From Candidatus Termititenax persephonae (lineage in GTDB: Bacteria; Margulisbacteria; Termititenacia; Termititenacales; Termititenacaceae): a DNA stretch of 64,000 bases. Made by a program: the position numbers and the translations under genes. The notes beneath the pieces are model-generated. The model did not search any database and was not told where the DNA came from. It worked only from the letters and a program-made list of their open reading frames with translations. The DNA lies in assembly GCA_003864475.1 (NCBI GenBank), contig BGZO01000002.1, positions 16,137 through 80,136 of the forward strand, read 5' to 3'. Position 1 is the stretch's first letter. Each line of letters starts with the position of its first letter. Positions 61,873-64,000 of the stretch are shown here, in pieces.

Positions 61873-62874
61873 ATGTTATCTTGTAAATTATTTGCGGAAA
61901 AAGAAAAACTTATTTTGCCCAAGTTACAGACTCTTTTTAATTTACCGGACAACGTTATACAAACTGCTAAACTTAACCCCGCAGCCAGCCATAAATTGCT
62001 TTCTGGTTATTGGGAAAAATATAATGCCTTTTTAGACAAGCTGGATTTCTTCGGCGAAGATATTGAAGGCACTACAATACTTTTGGACATACAAGAAGCC
62101 GTGCCTATTACCAGACAGTTAATTGGCAATCAGGCAATAAGTTTTAGCACTTCTGCCTTGCCAGAAGACATGGAATCTATATTAAGACGAGTACCCTATG
62201 CCGGCATTGGCAAGTACGCATCATTAGAAAATTTTGTTAAAGCTAATATATCAAGAATAATTTTTGCGCCTCATTTAAAAATAATTTCGAATTTTGACTT
62301 ACCCAGAGAATGTTGGAAAGTAATTTATGGCGCTTCGGAAGACACTTCTTCTGACTCTACTTTCGCTATTTCTCTGTTAGATAATCTTACCAACAACGGC
62401 AGACTCTATGACTCAAATAAAACCATAGTATTGGTGCCGACCATACTTATCAATTTTTTCAGAGAGGAATCTATTTCGCTTTTACCTGCTATGCAGCTCT
62501 TTTTATTAATTAGCACTATCTGCCATGAAGCAAGCCATCAACAATGGTTTAGCTTGCGAGAAAACAATTTTGATATATCTCTCTTTGAAAACGAACGTTA
62601 TGCCCATCTCCTAGAATTATATGTGATTCAAAAGCTGTTGTCCTTTACAACAAAGGAATATGAACGGAGAATATTATTCAAATATGCCGGATCTACTATG
62701 GCAGAAATAGAACGGTTTTATGCACTTCAATCACCTGCAGACAATGTTTATACAGTTAATTTTTTCAGGAAAAGAAAAAAATTTATATCCCTCTTTAAAG
62801 AAAAGCTGTCTTTCTCTTTTCAGAATATTCTGCGTAAAGATTTTCTGGAAAGGGCTTATCGTGAACGGTCTTAA
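61873..62874 (+). CDS. Hypothetical protein with an HExxH motif (possible gluzincin-type metallopeptidase)
   Basis: 333 aa, AT-rich, with AAGGAG upstream. TICHEASHQQW is followed about 25 aa later by ENERYAHLLE. I recognise no family. Confidence 0.4.
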   Translation: MLSCKLFAEKEKLILPKLQTLFNLPDNVIQTAKLNPAASHKLLSGYWEKYNAFLDKLDFFGEDIEGTTILLDIQEAVPITRQLIGNQAISFSTSALPEDMESILRRVPYAGIGKYASLENFVKANISRIIFAPHLKIISNFDLPRECWKVIYGASEDTSSDSTFAISLLDNLTNNGRLYDSNKTIVLVPTILINFFREESISLLPAMQLFLLISTICHEASHQQWFSLRENNFDISLFENERYAHLLELYVIQKLLSFTTKEYERRILFKYAGSTMAEIERFYALQSPADNVYTVNFFRKRKKFISLFKEKLSFSFQNILRKDFLERAYRERS

Positions 62875-62916
62875 CACAAGGATTCAAATTACTCGAATTA
62901 GACTCCGCGCCGTTTG

Positions 62917-63243
62917 TTAATTTCTGCTTGGTTTTATATCTCTTATTCTTTTGCTGACCATTTTATAAATCTCTAGCTTATCCCGGCGGCCTATGCCCCA
63001 GATTTCAATTATCTCTATCTGCCCTTCTTTGGTCAGCCGATAAACAATCCTGTAAGTTTTCTTGGCCACATATATTTTGTAAAAACCGCTCAGCACTAGA
63101 TCGTTTTTATTGCCCAGCAGTTCACCGAGATAAGGGTTCTCTTTTAATTTATCTATTTTAACGTTAACTTGTTTTTTGACACTGCCGTCCAAGCTTTGAT
63201 AATCCTGGACAGCTTCCGGAATAAACTTTACCGTATAGTTCAT
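62917..63243 (-). CDS. relE: RelE/StbE-family toxin
   Basis: 108 aa with YTVKFIPEAVQDYQSLDGSVKKQV...FYKIYVAKKTYRIVYRLTKEGQIEIIEIWGIGRRDK. It overlaps the antitoxin stop by 4 nt. Confidence 0.85.
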   Translation of the reverse strand: MNYTVKFIPEAVQDYQSLDGSVKKQVNVKIDKLKENPYLGELLGNKNDLVLSGFYKIYVAKKTYRIVYRLTKEGQIEIIEIWGIGRRDKLEIYKMVSKRIRDIKPSRN

Positions 63244-63515
63244 ATTTTTTCTCTAACTTTTTCCCAAGAAATATTATTTTTAGGATTGTATTTTTTTAAC
63301 CGCTCTTTCAGCATGTTTTTTATTTCTAATTGTTCAACTACTTCTTCTAAATTTTTCAAGTAAGCATACTCCGTATATGGCAGCAACACGGCTTCCATGC
63401 TGCTATTTTTCAAAATATACACGGATTTGCCAGTCTGTGCAACTTCCCGAACTGTCCGCGTCAAGGCTTTCTGCAAACTAGTGATAGACATCATCTGATC
63501 GATTTCGATATACAT
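63240..63515 (-). CDS. Type II antitoxin (Phd/YefM/RelB-like)
   Basis: I prefer the start at MYIEIDQMMSITSLQKAL (63515), with AGGAG upstream. The listed ORF extends 29 codons further upstream through AT-rich sequence. Confidence 0.75.
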   Translation of the reverse strand: MYIEIDQMMSITSLQKALTRTVREVAQTGKSVYILKNSSMEAVLLPYTEYAYLKNLEEVVEQLEIKNMLKERLKKYNPKNNISWEKVREKI

Positions 63516-63556
63516 ATTTATACTCCTATTATTATATGTATTATAATATATATTAT

Positions 63557-63580
63557 TTAAAGAGTCAATGCACTCTTTAA
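63557..63580. promoter_or_regulatory. Perfect 9-bp inverted repeat TTAAAGAGT-N6-ACTCTTTAA upstream of the relBE-like operon
   Basis: It lies 42-65 nt upstream of the antitoxin start, making it a likely operator. Confidence 0.45.
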
Positions 63581-63738
63581 GATCCCGCGTTAGCTGTCCC
63601 AAATAAAATCGTTGAAAGCTGACCGCAGGTTGGTGCTAATAAGAAAAGGATAATTTCTAATCCCTGAAAGCTGAATAACGGATACCAATACTACATCGAC
63701 ATGACAAAATCGACCGAAGCCAATCTTGTTTCTCCTTA

Positions 63739-64000
<262 letters not shown>

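Noticed and set aside
60837-63738. The idea that the TA/orphan-gene island is a chromosomal integron cassette array.
   Set aside because: I found no intI, attI or Pc. The inter-cassette sequences lack the RYYYAAC...GTTRRRY attC core pairs. Genes lie in both orientations, and each TA operon has its own promoter/operator palindrome.

Overview
This 64-kb window is a chromosomal segment from a fermentative anaerobic bacterium. I cannot assign the lineage from sequence alone. GC content is moderately high: a spot count on a core-gene line gives about 57%, against about 38% on a line from the accessory part.

Housekeeping backbone:
- A partial ArsR-family repressor gene followed by a P1B metal ATPase.
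- A redox locus: adhE, a sensory PAS-[FeFe]-hydrogenase (HydS-like), a PP2C phosphatase, a 2Fe-2S protein, a second [FeFe]-hydrogenase and rex. A sigma70-type promoter with a Rex-like operator sits upstream of adhE.
- efp, then an envelope-glycan trio (YdjC-like deacetylase, SDR epimerase, GT4 glycosyltransferase).
- purF, purL and nadD.
- The block rpmG, tRNA-Trp, secE, nusG, rplKAJL, rpoB, rpoC, running straight into gmk, rpoZ, coaBC and priA. The priA gene is only a 93-codon stump.
- pth, hisA and galE.
- dnaG and rpoD followed by two extra tandem sigma70 paralogues.
- mpg, a compact mfd, and a wecA-like gene with an EamA-like gene.
- pheS and pheT, split by an inserted gene.
- A flavin reductase, an SDR oxidoreductase, polA, lysS and a helD-like helicase.
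- The 3' end of a 16S rRNA gene at the right edge.

Accessory or unexplained content:
- A family of about 60-nt two-hairpin intergenic repeat modules with covarying stems (51.55-51.95 kb and 56.48-56.57 kb, with related pieces at 32.1 kb).
- A trio of strong-RBS small ORFs, one carrying a C11 tract.
- A 74-aa DHp-only histidine-kinase fragment translationally coupled to an NtrC-type activator.
- A FliG_C-like gene inside the pheST operon.
- Three type II toxin-antitoxin (TA) modules and a relE remnant.
- An AT-rich island of TA genes and orphan genes, flanked by roughly 90-bp direct repeats, lying directly downstream of the 16S gene where a 23S gene would normally be.

I found no CRISPR array, transposase, integrase or phage structural gene. 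Many long ORFs in the six-frame track are antisense shadows of real genes in GC-rich DNA.
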